A DNA stretch of 64,000 nucleotides from a virus, in IMG/VR virus record IMGVR_UViG_3300047533_000002, positions 1,303 through 65,302 of that record; one strand, written 5' to 3'. The notes below the pieces were generated by a model. The model saw nothing but the letters and a program-made list of their open reading frames with translations, was not told the DNA's origin and searched no databases. Positions 9,136-18,222 of the stretch are shown piece after piece. Position 1 is the first letter of the stretch, and each line of letters starts with the position of its first letter. The position numbers were made by a program, and so were the translations under genes.

Positions 9136-9878
9136 TTGAAGCCCTGCATCCTGAATTCCGCCAGCACTACCCGGCGCTGCTGGAGATCATCACCTACGCC
9201 AAAAGCGCAGACCCCCAGCCGGAAACCCTGTCAGAAATGATCGAGCAGGACGACGAGTGGTTAGCAGCCTTTGACTGGGCAATGGGTATCCTTGTCACCA
9301 ACAGAGTGACCGGGCTGGCAGGATCGGCCTTCGCGGTGCCATTCCTGCATCCCGAGGTGTGCAGCAACCTGGTGGACGAGGCCGTGCGCCTGGGCTTCGA
9401 GCAAGGCCACCAGCCGAACCCAGAGGAAGACAGCCCGTACCAGATACCCGAGCTGGTGCTGAAGCATGTTGCGCCCGAGCTGCACGAACGCTGCTCCGAG
9501 CTGGTGGAAGCGCTGAATATCTGGTTCCTGCTGATCTACCACGTTGCGCCGAACAGTATCAGCTCGATCCAGTTCGCCAAGTACGAGCCGAATGGCACGG
9601 CGCATGGGAACTGGCACCACGATCGAGACAGTGACTTCACTGCTGTGGTCAGCCTGGCACCCGAGCTTTTCGAGGGTGGCGGCACTGACATACGCTTGAG
9701 CCCGGTCGATTATCATAGCGTGCCACCGTTGCCGGCAGGCTATGCGCTGATCATGAACGGCAAGCAAATCCAGCACCGTGGCCGCGCCGTCGAAAGTGGC
9801 GTTCGTCACCTACTGGTTTTTTGGCTTGATAGCCGTGGCGGAAGTGTTTCGATTCCGCAAACGCACAGCGTACAATAG
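9132..9878 (+). CDS. Fe(II)/2-oxoglutarate dioxygenase, lysyl/prolyl-hydroxylase-like
   Basis: HxD motif (HHDRDSDFT), FEGGGT, distal H (QHRG) and R (GVRH). Confidence 0.85.
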   Translation: MIEALHPEFRQHYPALLEIITYAKSADPQPETLSEMIEQDDEWLAAFDWAMGILVTNRVTGLAGSAFAVPFLHPEVCSNLVDEAVRLGFEQGHQPNPEEDSPYQIPELVLKHVAPELHERCSELVEALNIWFLLIYHVAPNSISSIQFAKYEPNGTAHGNWHHDRDSDFTAVVSLAPELFEGGGTDIRLSPVDYHSVPPLPAGYALIMNGKQIQHRGRAVESGVRHLLVFWLDSRGGSVSIPQTHSVQ

Positions 9879-9976
9879 CAACATGAATATGCGCCGAAGG
9901 TGATAGGCGCCCAAAAAAAACCCCGCGATCACCGGCCTGGCAGCCTACGCGGGGTTTCTCTCAAGGAGGTGCCATT

Positions 9977-10225
9977 ATGGCACACGGACAGAGCTTGCCC
10001 AACCCTTCGCAAGCAACACAAATCCTCCGCTGGCTGCAGGCCGGCAAGAAACTTACCCCTCAAGATGCGCTGCGCGAATTCGGCTGTTTCCGCCTGGCCG
10101 CTCGTGTCGCTGACCTTCGCCGCGATGGCTACAAAATCAACTCCGACCGGAAGAAGGTCATCAACTCCGACGGTACGCAGGCGGTTGTGGCTGAATACTG
10201 GATTTCCGAGGGTGACCGCCCATGA
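9977..10225 (+). CDS. Winged-HTH DNA-binding protein
   Basis: QILRWLQAGKKLTPQDALREFGCFRLAARVADLRRDGY; AAGGAGG RBS. Confidence 0.8.
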   Translation: MAHGQSLPNPSQATQILRWLQAGKKLTPQDALREFGCFRLAARVADLRRDGYKINSDRKKVINSDGTQAVVAEYWISEGDRP

Positions 10226-10458
10226 CCAGCCCAATCGTTACTCGGCGTGAATTTATGAAGGCCGCCATGGAGCTGGGAAAGGCATCGAGCCCGACCCAGC
10301 TTCAAATCCTGGCCGTCACCCAGAACCTGGCGCAACTGATCACCAACGTCACCGGACGCCCTTGCGAGCTGGCGCTGCGCTTCCCTGAGCCAGAGCCAGG
10401 CCGCGACCCGCTGCCCGGTCAGATCGACATGGGCGAAGTGTGGGAGGCTAAGGCGTGA
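10222..10458 (+). CDS. Phage hypothetical protein
   Basis: ATGA overlap coupling, phage codon usage. Confidence 0.6.
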   Translation: MTSPIVTRREFMKAAMELGKASSPTQLQILAVTQNLAQLITNVTGRPCELALRFPEPEPGRDPLPGQIDMGEVWEAKA

Positions 10459-11264
10459 GCATCCGTCGCGGCCCAAGGCCTGAAACCAAGTTCTACACGC
10501 TAGACAAGTCGATCAGCGAAGATGCGCGCCTGTCGTGGGCTGCGCGTGGCCTGCTGATCTTCCTGCTGGGCAAGCCGGACAACTGGGAAGTATCAACCAA
10601 GCACCTGATCAATCAGACCAAGGAAGCGATCGGCAAGGCATCAGGCCGTGACGCTGTTCGCGTAATCCTCAAGGAGCTGGAAGACGCTGGTTACCTGAAG
10701 GTGGACCTGGCTCGCAGCGAAGGGGGTGCATTCAACGGCATGTCCTACACGGTTAGCGAGGTTCCAGACTTCACGCGGGAGCCGGCAAATCCGGCGCCGG
10801 TGGAACCGGAAACGGAAAACCCGGCCCCGGCACAACCGGCCCCGGTAAATCCCCACCTAATAAACAATGACTTACAGCAATATCCTGAAGAAGCAGTGAG
10901 TAATGATCAAAGCAATGCGCCGAGCACATGCTCGCCGCCCGTAATTACGATGCCCTTAAACACTGGAATGGAATACCCGATCACAGTCGCCCAGGTCATG
11001 GAATGGTCCGAACTGTTCCCGGCAGTGGACGTGATGCAGCAGCTGAGAGCCATGCGTGCCTGGCTGCTGTCTAACCCGAAGAAGCGGAAAACGAAGTCCG
11101 GCATCGCCAGGTTTATCACCAGCTGGCTTTCGCGCGACCAGGACAGGGGCGGCAGCCGCTCTGCCCAGCAGCCGCGCCATGGCATGAGCCGGCAGGAGGC
11201 GCTTGAGGCGCGCAACCGCCAGGCAGCCGATGATTTCGTGTACGGAGATAATTTCCATGGTTGA
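10455..11264 (+). CDS. Phage replication initiator (O-like)
   Basis: LSWAARGLLIFLLGKPDNW, ILKELEDAGYL N-terminal HTH; C-terminal WLLSNPKKRKT..FITSWLSR. Confidence 0.8.
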   Translation: MSIRRGPRPETKFYTLDKSISEDARLSWAARGLLIFLLGKPDNWEVSTKHLINQTKEAIGKASGRDAVRVILKELEDAGYLKVDLARSEGGAFNGMSYTVSEVPDFTREPANPAPVEPETENPAPAQPAPVNPHLINNDLQQYPEEAVSNDQSNAPSTCSPPVITMPLNTGMEYPITVAQVMEWSELFPAVDVMQQLRAMRAWLLSNPKKRKTKSGIARFITSWLSRDQDRGGSRSAQQPRHGMSRQEALEARNRQAADDFVYGDNFHG

Positions 11265-11934
11265 TCCAGACGACAAGAAGCCTTTCGCTGAGATCATGCA
11301 AGCCACCATGGCGATCTACAGCAAGGACGTGACCAAGCCTGTGATGGCGCTCTACTGGGCTGCGCTGATCGAATACGACCTGCCGTCAGTTAGCCGGGCG
11401 TTCGAATTCTGGATCAAGAACCCGGACCAGGGACAGTTCGCTCCGAAGCCTGCCGACATCATCCGCATGATCGACGGCGCGACTGGCGATCGGGCGATGG
11501 TCACCTGGTCGAAGGTGGACAAGGCTGTGCGCATGGTCGGCCATTACCAGTCGGTCGCCTTCGATGACCCGATCATCCACCGTGTGATCGACGAGATGGG
11601 AGGCTGGCGCAAGCTGGCTTCCCTGCCTACGAACAAAGACCTGGAGTTCGCGGGCATCGATTTCGTGAAGCGGTATCGAGCCTATGCGCTGGCTGGCGGC
11701 GTCGGGAATGAGTACCCGGCGTATCTGATCGGCGAGAGCGAAGCCGAGAACGGCGGTCGCGGATTCCGTGACTGTGACCCAGTGCAACTGGTCGGTGACC
11801 ATCGCAAGGCCTCCGAGGTTGCGCGCCTGGGCAGCACCGGGCCGACCCTGCGCATCACGCAGGTGAAAAACGGTCGTGAACTGGTCGGGCATCAGCTGGC
11901 CAACCTTCTGCCTCGGAGCCTGACCAATGATTGA
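11257..11934 (+). CDS. Replication-associated protein (helicase-loader position, DUF6475-like)
   Basis: FAPKPADIIRMI, FDDPIIHRVIDEMGGW; follows the initiator gene. Confidence 0.7.
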   Translation: MVDPDDKKPFAEIMQATMAIYSKDVTKPVMALYWAALIEYDLPSVSRAFEFWIKNPDQGQFAPKPADIIRMIDGATGDRAMVTWSKVDKAVRMVGHYQSVAFDDPIIHRVIDEMGGWRKLASLPTNKDLEFAGIDFVKRYRAYALAGGVGNEYPAYLIGESEAENGGRGFRDCDPVQLVGDHRKASEVARLGSTGPTLRITQVKNGRELVGHQLANLLPRSLTND

Positions 11935-12538
11935 CGCCAAGCCATGCCTGCACAACGGCTACATCATGCGTTCGAAGTGCGAGCGCGCCTGGGCTCGTCA
12001 TCTCGACAGCCTGCGCATCGACTACCTGTACGAGCCGGAGGTGTGGAGCACTGATGCCGGCGCATACCTGCCTGACTTCTTCGTGCCTGCCGCCGACTGC
12101 TTCCTTGAAATCAAGGGCTCCAACCCGACCGGCATTGAAATACGCAAGGCGGAAGGTCTCATGAAGGCCAGCGGCAAGCTTGTGGTGTTCGGCGTGGGGG
12201 CGCCACAGTGCACGCAGTTTGCAGACGGGCTATTGCCGTCAAACGCGGTGATCATGGCGCCTGGGCGTGGCCGCTGGGTGACCATCCCCATGACGCTGAT
12301 AGGCCAGCTGGTCTACAGCTCCATGGGCATGGCATCAGGCCTACGCTTTGCGCAGGCGGGCGGGATCGGTGCCGATGAAGCAGTGCCGTCAATGGCTGAG
12401 CGCATGCTGCAGGAGTCTAAGATTGCCTATGCAAGGGAGCCGATCAATGCGCTGAAGCGGTCAAACCATCGGCAGATAACCCAAGGCGAGGCTGTGGCGG
12501 GGCAAGCGGCTGCATACGTGCGGCGTACCATTGCCTGA
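11927..12538 (+). CDS. PD-(D/E)xK nuclease-like protein
   Basis: RSKCERAWA, YLYEPE, YLPDFF, FLEIKG. Confidence 0.75.
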   Translation: MIDAKPCLHNGYIMRSKCERAWARHLDSLRIDYLYEPEVWSTDAGAYLPDFFVPAADCFLEIKGSNPTGIEIRKAEGLMKASGKLVVFGVGAPQCTQFADGLLPSNAVIMAPGRGRWVTIPMTLIGQLVYSSMGMASGLRFAQAGGIGADEAVPSMAERMLQESKIAYAREPINALKRSNHRQITQGEAVAGQAAAYVRRTIA

Positions 12539-12590
12539 ATACGAAACGAGCCGCCAGGGCGCGCTGGCGGCCTCCTACAGGGGAATTCCT

Positions 12591-13055
12591 ATGTTCATCG
12601 AGATCGATACCTGGCCAGCGGCCAAAGAGTTCGCCCAGCAGGCCATTGCCGACCTGGAACAGATGCAGGTGCACGCAGCCACCATGGCGCAGGCATTCAC
12701 GGTCTGGCCGGAGCCGCTGCACGGCGGTGGCTGGTCGGTATTACCGCTCAAATGGCAGGGCAAGATCGTCAACGACGTGTGGCCATGGCTGCGCAGCGAT
12801 ATGGTGCTGAACGCCGGCTATTCGCGGATGGCGCCAGACACGGAGATTGAAGAGCATGTTGGCTACACAGACGACGTGCTGCGCCTGCATATCGGCCTGA
12901 GCTGCCCGGTGGGCAACTGCGCTATCCAGGTCGGCGACCAGGTCCGTGGCTGGCGCAATGGGGAGGTGCTGCTGTTCGACGACACGATCCAGCATTCGGC
13001 TTGGAACCGCGCAGACCGCGATCGGGTGATCCTGCTAGTGGACCTGGTGAAATAA
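12591..13055 (+). CDS. Aspartyl/asparaginyl beta-hydroxylase-family dioxygenase
   Basis: IEEHVG..LRLHIGL, WRNGEVLLFDDTIQHSAWN..RVILLVD; start probably ATG 12591. Confidence 0.88.
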   Translation: MFIEIDTWPAAKEFAQQAIADLEQMQVHAATMAQAFTVWPEPLHGGGWSVLPLKWQGKIVNDVWPWLRSDMVLNAGYSRMAPDTEIEEHVGYTDDVLRLHIGLSCPVGNCAIQVGDQVRGWRNGEVLLFDDTIQHSAWNRADRDRVILLVDLVK

Positions 13056-13056
13056 A

Positions 13057-13077
13057 AACGGGCCATCTAGGCCCGTT
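13057..13077. terminator. Hairpin between convergent genes (likely bidirectional terminator)
   Basis: AACGGGCC-atcta-GGCCCGTT preceded by an A-run. Confidence 0.55.
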
Positions 13078-13249
13078 CGAGTAGTGCAATGATCGCCTTG
13101 GACCGCTGGCGGGCATCGCCATCGGTCAAGGCATTGAGCCTGTCCAGCGCCGGCCCTGGCGGGATATTCAGGTCAACCCGAGCCCAGCCCAGGGCATCCC
13201 GCTTTTCCCGCAAGGTCTTCACCTTGTCCCGGCTAGGCTTTGCGGCCAT
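13067..13249 (-). CDS. Small phage hypothetical protein (60 aa)
   Basis: MAAKPSRDKVKTLREKRDALGWARVDL; last gene of the leftward operon. Confidence 0.6.
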   Translation of the reverse strand: MAAKPSRDKVKTLREKRDALGWARVDLNIPPGPALDRLNALTDGDARQRSKAIIALLERA

Positions 13250-13439
13250 TGAAAAACGCCTCCATCTGGTCAAGCGCCTTTGCCAGGCGCGGCTTAAACG
13301 CTGCCGCATCGCGCTCGCGCGCTTTACGGCATGTCTCGGCGAATTTATCGCCATCGGTGTGCTGAAGGCTTGGCGCCTGCAGCTGTTCGCGGTCCCATTC
13401 CCTGGCCTGGGCGCTGTCAGCGTAAAGTTCGTCACTCAT
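13233..13439 (-). CDS. Phage hypothetical protein
   Basis: Overlap-coupled ORF in the leftward operon. Confidence 0.6.
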   Translation of the reverse strand: MSDELYADSAQAREWDREQLQAPSLQHTDGDKFAETCRKARERDAAAFKPRLAKALDQMEAFFNGRKA

Positions 13440-13762
13440 TCGATCATCCCCCTGTTCAGCGCATAGCGGTGCGCTTTCCTCAGTGGCGCAGCCTCTACGC
13501 CTAGTTCATCTGCTGCTTGTGCCCAGGTGTAGCCACGCTGGCGCAAACCATGAGCAGTACGGATCAGGCGCAGCTCGAAGGTTGCTTTGCGCCCTGGTAT
13601 GCGCTGGTAGCCGTCCAAGCCCTTGCTGATGCCGTTTACCACCAGGTGCGAAACCTGGGCGCTAATCAGTCTGGCATCGCCGCCAAGGCCTTGCGCGATC
13701 CGCTTCCAGCAGCAGCCCGCCTGGCGCAGCTCATAGGCCAGGGCAAGCTCTTCCACTGTCAC
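13436..13762 (-). CDS. Tandem-HTH phage protein
   Basis: AYELRQAGCCWKRIAQGLG and AHGLRQRGYTWAQAADELG; GTGA overlap. Confidence 0.65.
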   Translation of the reverse strand: MTVEELALAYELRQAGCCWKRIAQGLGGDARLISAQVSHLVVNGISKGLDGYQRIPGRKATFELRLIRTAHGLRQRGYTWAQAADELGVEAAPLRKAHRYALNRGMIE

Positions 13763-14466
13763 TGTTTGCGCTCCAGGGCGGCGCGGGCTTGCCATACCAG
13801 CCAGTCATTATCGCGAGCGATGGCCTTGATGCTTTCGGAAGGGAACGGCCAGTCTTTCGAGTGATCTTTGAACCAGGCATCAAACGCCGCCCGCTCGTCG
13901 ATCTCAACCGGCGCGCTCGGAGTGCAGTCCATGCAGGTTTCTGCGTTCAGGATGTTGCCGACGATTCCTTGGTCCGAACAAGTTTCGCACTTAGGCGCGC
14001 TCGGCTCTGCGCTGGCGGGTAGACCATTATACAGAGCCACTTGCGCTTCACCCGGCTTGCCGGCCTTCAAGTGACCGAGCACCTTTTGCAGCAGCGCCTG
14101 CGCCTCGGCCAGCTGGGCGCGCAGGGCGTCAATTTTTCCTTCTTGCATATCAAAGATTCTGTTCCACTCTTCGATTTCTGCGCGCAGCCGCTCAACCTCG
14201 GCAGGGTGGGCGTGGGTGAATACTTCGGTTAATTCGCCAAGTGTGAATTGGCCACTATCAAAGCGCTCAACAGTTGCGCAAAGACGCCCATTCACCATAC
14301 GCATCTTGATACTCGCGCATGCCACCGGCTCGCCCTGGTGCTGCTGGGCTGGCGGGGTAAGCAGTGCCTGTCCTTCCTTCGTCCCGGTGTTGTGGCACCA
14401 TACGCAGCCAGGCTCGCCCGGCTCTTTGCCCGTACCTTTGCAGAATTCGCATTTGTCGTTGTTCAC
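13759..14466 (-). CDS. Mosaic phage protein with CxxC zinc ribbons and coiled coil
   Basis: GTG 14466; CEFCKGTG..CVWCHNTG, CETC..CMDC, EVERLRAE. Confidence 0.7.
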   Translation of the reverse strand: MNNDKCEFCKGTGKEPGEPGCVWCHNTGTKEGQALLTPPAQQHQGEPVACASIKMRMVNGRLCATVERFDSGQFTLGELTEVFTHAHPAEVERLRAEIEEWNRIFDMQEGKIDALRAQLAEAQALLQKVLGHLKAGKPGEAQVALYNGLPASAEPSAPKCETCSDQGIVGNILNAETCMDCTPSAPVEIDERAAFDAWFKDHSKDWPFPSESIKAIARDNDWLVWQARAALERKQ

Positions 14467-14963
14467 TTTCCTTTCCTCGGTTGGTTGCTGCTGAAATTGG
14501 ACAGCTCGGCGCATGCTGCCGCCGCCCTGAAGCACTGGTCGATATCGAACAGGCCGAAGTGGCATTCGGATACGTCGAGCCCCATGCGCTTGGCCAGCCA
14601 GGCATAGGCCTTGGTGCGGCTCATGATCTTGTTGCGCCAGATCGGCTCGAAGACTGCCTTGCAGTCCTGGCGGGCCATGCGGGTAGGTTTGTCGGCGGGC
14701 GTGCCCAGCGGGATATCGGTCTGAGGGTGTAGGCCGACATAGGCCTTGCAGCCCCGGCACAGGTAGGCATAGGGCCAGTCGCCGTAGGTGCGCCCGTTGT
14801 AGATTTCGCTGTTCTCCACCAGCTCGACGCGGCCACCGCATTTGCAGGTGACCGGCATAGGAGCTGGGTCTTTGACGCGCTTCAGGGCGCGACGGCTCAC
14901 GAACGGCAATGGAGCTGGCGCCGTCAGTTGGGTCTCGCTGTATGCCCGTGGGTCGATTGCCAT
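14463..14963 (-). CDS. DUF3268-like zinc-finger protein
   Basis: CKCGG, YLCRGCKAYVGLHPQTDIPLGT, CHFGLFD. Confidence 0.8.
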   Translation of the reverse strand: MAIDPRAYSETQLTAPAPLPFVSRRALKRVKDPAPMPVTCKCGGRVELVENSEIYNGRTYGDWPYAYLCRGCKAYVGLHPQTDIPLGTPADKPTRMARQDCKAVFEPIWRNKIMSRTKAYAWLAKRMGLDVSECHFGLFDIDQCFRAAAACAELSNFSSNQPRKGK

Positions 14964-14981
14964 GGGATAGTCTCTTGGGGG

Positions 14982-15215
14982 TTAGATCAGGCCGGACGCC
15001 TTGGCGAACCAGATCGCGGCCATCGAGCCAAAGCCGATCAGCAGCAGCATGCCACCAAGCAGGGCATCCAGCACCGGATGGCGGGTAGCGAACGAAGGCG
15101 GCGTCATGGTGCTGGTGGGGATCGGCTCGCCAGGCTTGAAGCGGTAGCCTTTGGACTGCCAGTGCGCCAGGCAGGCCAGCTCTTGCTGGGTGCAGCGGGT
15201 GGCTTGCTTACGCAT
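14982..15215 (-). CDS. Small phage protein with C-terminal TM segment
   Basis: Hydrophobic LLGGMLLLIGFGSMAAIWF; overlap-coupled. Confidence 0.6.
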   Translation of the reverse strand: MRKQATRCTQQELACLAHWQSKGYRFKPGEPIPTSTMTPPSFATRHPVLDALLGGMLLLIGFGSMAAIWFAKASGLI

Positions 15216-15540
15216 GGTGCATCCCCTTCGCGATGCTGGCCACTCGGCGCTGTTCGCGGACCAGCTTCAGGACGTTGCTTTCAGCGGCAAATTCGCGGGA
15301 AGTGATGTCGCCGTTCTCCACCGCGTACTCGATGAAGCCGCGCACCACGTTCAGCTGCACCTCGGCTACTTCTTCGGATGGCGTGTTGCGTGCCATCTCC
15401 AGGTGCGTGTTCATCAGCTTGCGGACGTTTTCCTTGATCATCTGGCGTTGCCTCGATGCGGGTTTTGGTACTGGCAAAGCCCGCACAGGGCGGGCTTGGT
15501 GCCTTCCATGCCGGTCAGTCGTTGTAGCAGACGAGATCAC
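15208..15540 (-). CDS. Phage hypothetical protein
   Basis: ORF in the leftward operon, phage codon usage. Confidence 0.6.
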   Translation of the reverse strand: MISSATTTDRHGRHQARPVRALPVPKPASRQRQMIKENVRKLMNTHLEMARNTPSEEVAEVQLNVVRGFIEYAVENGDITSREFAAESNVLKLVREQRRVASIAKGMHHA

Positions 15541-15748
15541 GGGAGAGTGCGCCGATATGCTCGTCCTTGTGGATATGGCGGCAGACGCTCAGGCGCTTGT
15601 GTTCGTCGCCAACGGAGGTGTGGCACACAACTGCAGTGCGGCGCTCACTGGCAAGGAAAGTGGTTGTGTAGCCACTGCCAGGGGCACCATCACCACAGAG
15701 CAGCGCTACCGTTTCGCCTTCTTTGATTAAGCACAGGAAATTGAACAT
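15515..15748 (-). CDS. Phage hypothetical protein, first gene of the leftward operon
   Basis: GGAGG RBS upstream of ATG 15748. Confidence 0.5.
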   Translation of the reverse strand: MFNFLCLIKEGETVALLCGDGAPGSGYTTTFLASERRTAVVCHTSVGDEHKRLSVCRHIHKDEHIGALSRDLVCYND

Positions 15749-16167
15749 CGTCTTGCCCTCCAGGGCGGTGTTTGTTTCGGTAGGCTGATGGTCTCAGGGT
15801 TACCGGTAACCGCGCAAGAGGTTTAACTATCACAATGGCTTAAAGCCGACCAACGGTCGTTGCCAGCATTGCAAAATCAAAGGGCGATATGGTTTACTTC
15901 GCAGCAATTGCCGCTTCACCGGACTACGGCAATATAAATAATCATGGGGCCGGTCACGGGGGTTCATGACCTCTTGTAAGTGCGGAATGTCCGAGCAAGT
16001 TGCACGTAAAGCTACAGTCGGACCCGATCACCTGAGCAACCCTTTACCGGAGAGCCCAGGCTGCATCGGTCAGCGCCCTGAGATAGCAGGGTGCGCACCT
16101 GCCCATGAGCCGCGAATAGGTCGAGTAGCTGCCGACTGGTGAAGATTGGGTACTGAGGGCGCTGACC

Positions 16168-16301
16168 GATGCAGATGAATGCGCAGGCTGATGCGCAGCG
16201 ATGCAGGCTCAAAGCGCGGCGCCGGTGGGCAAGAGCTGGCCGGCTTGGTTGAACCTGACACTTCACACGCAAGCCGGAGATCAGCGCCGGCCATCTGCAT
16301 C
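16168..16301 (+). ncRNA. C4/IsrK-like phage antisense RNA
   Basis: 10-bp closing stem GATGCAGATG/CATCTGCATC enclosing hairpins GCGCAGGCTGATGCGC and GCCGGAGATCAGCGCCGGC, which I recall as C4-family hallmarks. Confidence 0.65.
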
Positions 16302-16536
16302 AAACAGGGGAGTTGTAGCCCCTGCGCTTGGAAACTGACAGCCGGGAAAGACCGGTATCCTGACGCGCTACTGTTCTGGTGGCGCCTGACGCCCCAGCCG
16401 GGGCCAGCCCGCACACGCGGAATCCTTAATCAATCTAGGCCGCTTTCAAGCATGACCTTTGAAAAATGGATGATCCAGCAATGGGCCATCCTTCAATCGC
16501 ATGGCCTGATAAAGGCCGACTACCGAGGAAAGGACC

Positions 16537-17094
16537 GTGAGCAACGAATTCAAGCGGGAGAACCGCTACATCGTCATCAAGCGCAGCGACCTGGCGAAAT
16601 TGCCCAAAGCACTTCAGGGTGATCTGGTGAATGTTCTGTTCCAGATCAATGCGCGCGTACCGGCTCGTGATTGCGTCGTCGTTGAAAGCGACTGGCCCGA
16701 GTTCGAGCCAACCTGGGCGGCCATCGAGCGCCGGGTAACCGGTCCCGCGCACTGGGATGGCAGGGGCCTGGGCCTGCCGCCTGCTGATACAGTCTGTAAA
16801 ATCAAGCGCGTTCCTCATGGTAATTGGGGTGAGGCCATCGTCCGCTTCTCTTCCAACAATGTGATTGTGTGGGACTGGGCGGACGAGCCGGCCATAAACG
16901 GCAAGTGCACTGCATACGCGCATGAGGTTAAATGCCGCCCCATGCGCACGCCTGAGCAGATCGCGGCGGAAGAGCGCGAGAAAGCCATTATGGAAATGGC
17001 CGAGACGATGCACGCAGCAACTGGCTTCGGCGTGAACCGTGCTGATTGCGAAGCGCTGTACGACGCCGGCTACCGCAAGCAGGTGGCGCCATGA
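16537..17094 (+). CDS. Phage hypothetical protein (Pseudomonas-phage type)
   Basis: AAGGA RBS, GTG start; ENRYIVIKRSDL, CVVVESDWPE. Confidence 0.75.
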   Translation: MSNEFKRENRYIVIKRSDLAKLPKALQGDLVNVLFQINARVPARDCVVVESDWPEFEPTWAAIERRVTGPAHWDGRGLGLPPADTVCKIKRVPHGNWGEAIVRFSSNNVIVWDWADEPAINGKCTAYAHEVKCRPMRTPEQIAAEEREKAIMEMAETMHAATGFGVNRADCEALYDAGYRKQVAP

Positions 17095-17546
17095 AGATTG
17101 GGATCATAGGAAACGGTTCGCGTAGCAGGCTGGCTACGCTGCTTTTGGCATCTGGCGCTTTGACTGTTGCGAGAGATCCGATGTTTGGCGTGTCCATGGC
17201 TCTTGAGCCATCCAAGCCAAAGACCAAGGCGCATGATGATCGTTGGCCCGAGCCGTTGAGCCAGGGCGAGCAGCTGATGCGCGACCATGGTGAGACTCCC
17301 GAAAGCATGCGCCATCACCGGGCGCGGTCGAATGCTGCCGAGCGCAAGCGCCTGCGCCGGATCGAGCGCAACCTGATCAATGAGGCGCGCCAGGGTCGCG
17401 CGCCGGAAGGCTTGGAGCTGACCAAGGACGGTAAGTGGTTTGCCTGCTGCCGATCGTGCGAACGGAACTACGAAATCTACTGCGAGGCGCATGAGTTCGA
17501 GCCCGGCCAAAGCTATTGCGGCAGAAACGAGTGGTGCACGCCATGA
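17091..17546 (+). CDS. Phage hypothetical protein with C-terminal Cys cluster
   Basis: ATGA overlap; CCRSC..C..YCG..WC. Confidence 0.6.
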   Translation: MKIGIIGNGSRSRLATLLLASGALTVARDPMFGVSMALEPSKPKTKAHDDRWPEPLSQGEQLMRDHGETPESMRHHRARSNAAERKRLRRIERNLINEARQGRAPEGLELTKDGKWFACCRSCERNYEIYCEAHEFEPGQSYCGRNEWCTP

Positions 17547-17872
17547 ATCGGGCCGACGCGAAACGCATCGCGGAAACCGTCACCAACGACCAGCTCAAGG
17601 CCATGTTCGATCGCGCCCAGGTGGGTATCACCGACTGGCGCAAGCCAAGCGCCGTAACTCCCTCCATCAGCAAGGGCGCATCCTGGAACATCATGCGCCG
17701 CGTCGATGCGGGTCAGCTGAAGCGCGGTCGCCGGGACATGCTGATCATCAAGAACATGGTGTGGGAGTTCGGCGACTTCCTGGACGACGAGATCAAGCCG
17801 GCCAAGCAGCGCGCCAGCCGCCCAGCGATCCAGGTGCACCATGAAGACCCAGTATTCGAGGTGCTGCCATGA
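17543..17872 (+). CDS. Phage hypothetical protein
   Basis: ATGA overlap-coupled ORF. Confidence 0.65.
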   Translation: MNRADAKRIAETVTNDQLKAMFDRAQVGITDWRKPSAVTPSISKGASWNIMRRVDAGQLKRGRRDMLIIKNMVWEFGDFLDDEIKPAKQRASRPAIQVHHEDPVFEVLP

Positions 17873-18222
17873 CCGCTTACACCCCGAACCCGATCGACCA
17901 CGAGCTGCTGATGCTATCGGCCAAGGCCATGGGAATCACGCTAGACTATCGCCACGGCAGCGATACCTATTACTACGACGACCCGAAAACGGGACGTGAA
18001 GAGTGGTATCCCCTCGGTCGCATTGGGCAAGCGGGGCGCATGGCGGTCATGCTGCGTATCGGCATGGACCTGGCTGGGCGTTACCCGACAGCGGTGTTCT
18101 TCCATCCTCGGAAGGCGCGCTTCTGCCGCTACCACGAAGACCAGGACGCGCTTGGCTGGGAGCCTGCTGTATGCCGGGCATTCACCAGGGCGGCCGCCGA
18201 AATCGGGCGGTGCCTGCCATGA
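17869..18222 (+). CDS. Phage hypothetical protein (NinX-like C-terminal RAFTRAAAEIG)
   Basis: ELLMLSAKAMG, W.PL, RAAAEIG pattern. Confidence 0.65.
   Translation: MTAYTPNPIDHELLMLSAKAMGITLDYRHGSDTYYYDDPKTGREEWYPLGRIGQAGRMAVMLRIGMDLAGRYPTAVFFHPRKARFCRYHEDQDALGWEPAVCRAFTRAAAEIGRCLP

Noticed and set aside
9900-10250. 116-aa ORF overlapping the winged-HTH gene
   Set aside because: Starts within a hairpin/poly-A leader with no RBS, and the 9977 frame has the clear RBS and motif.
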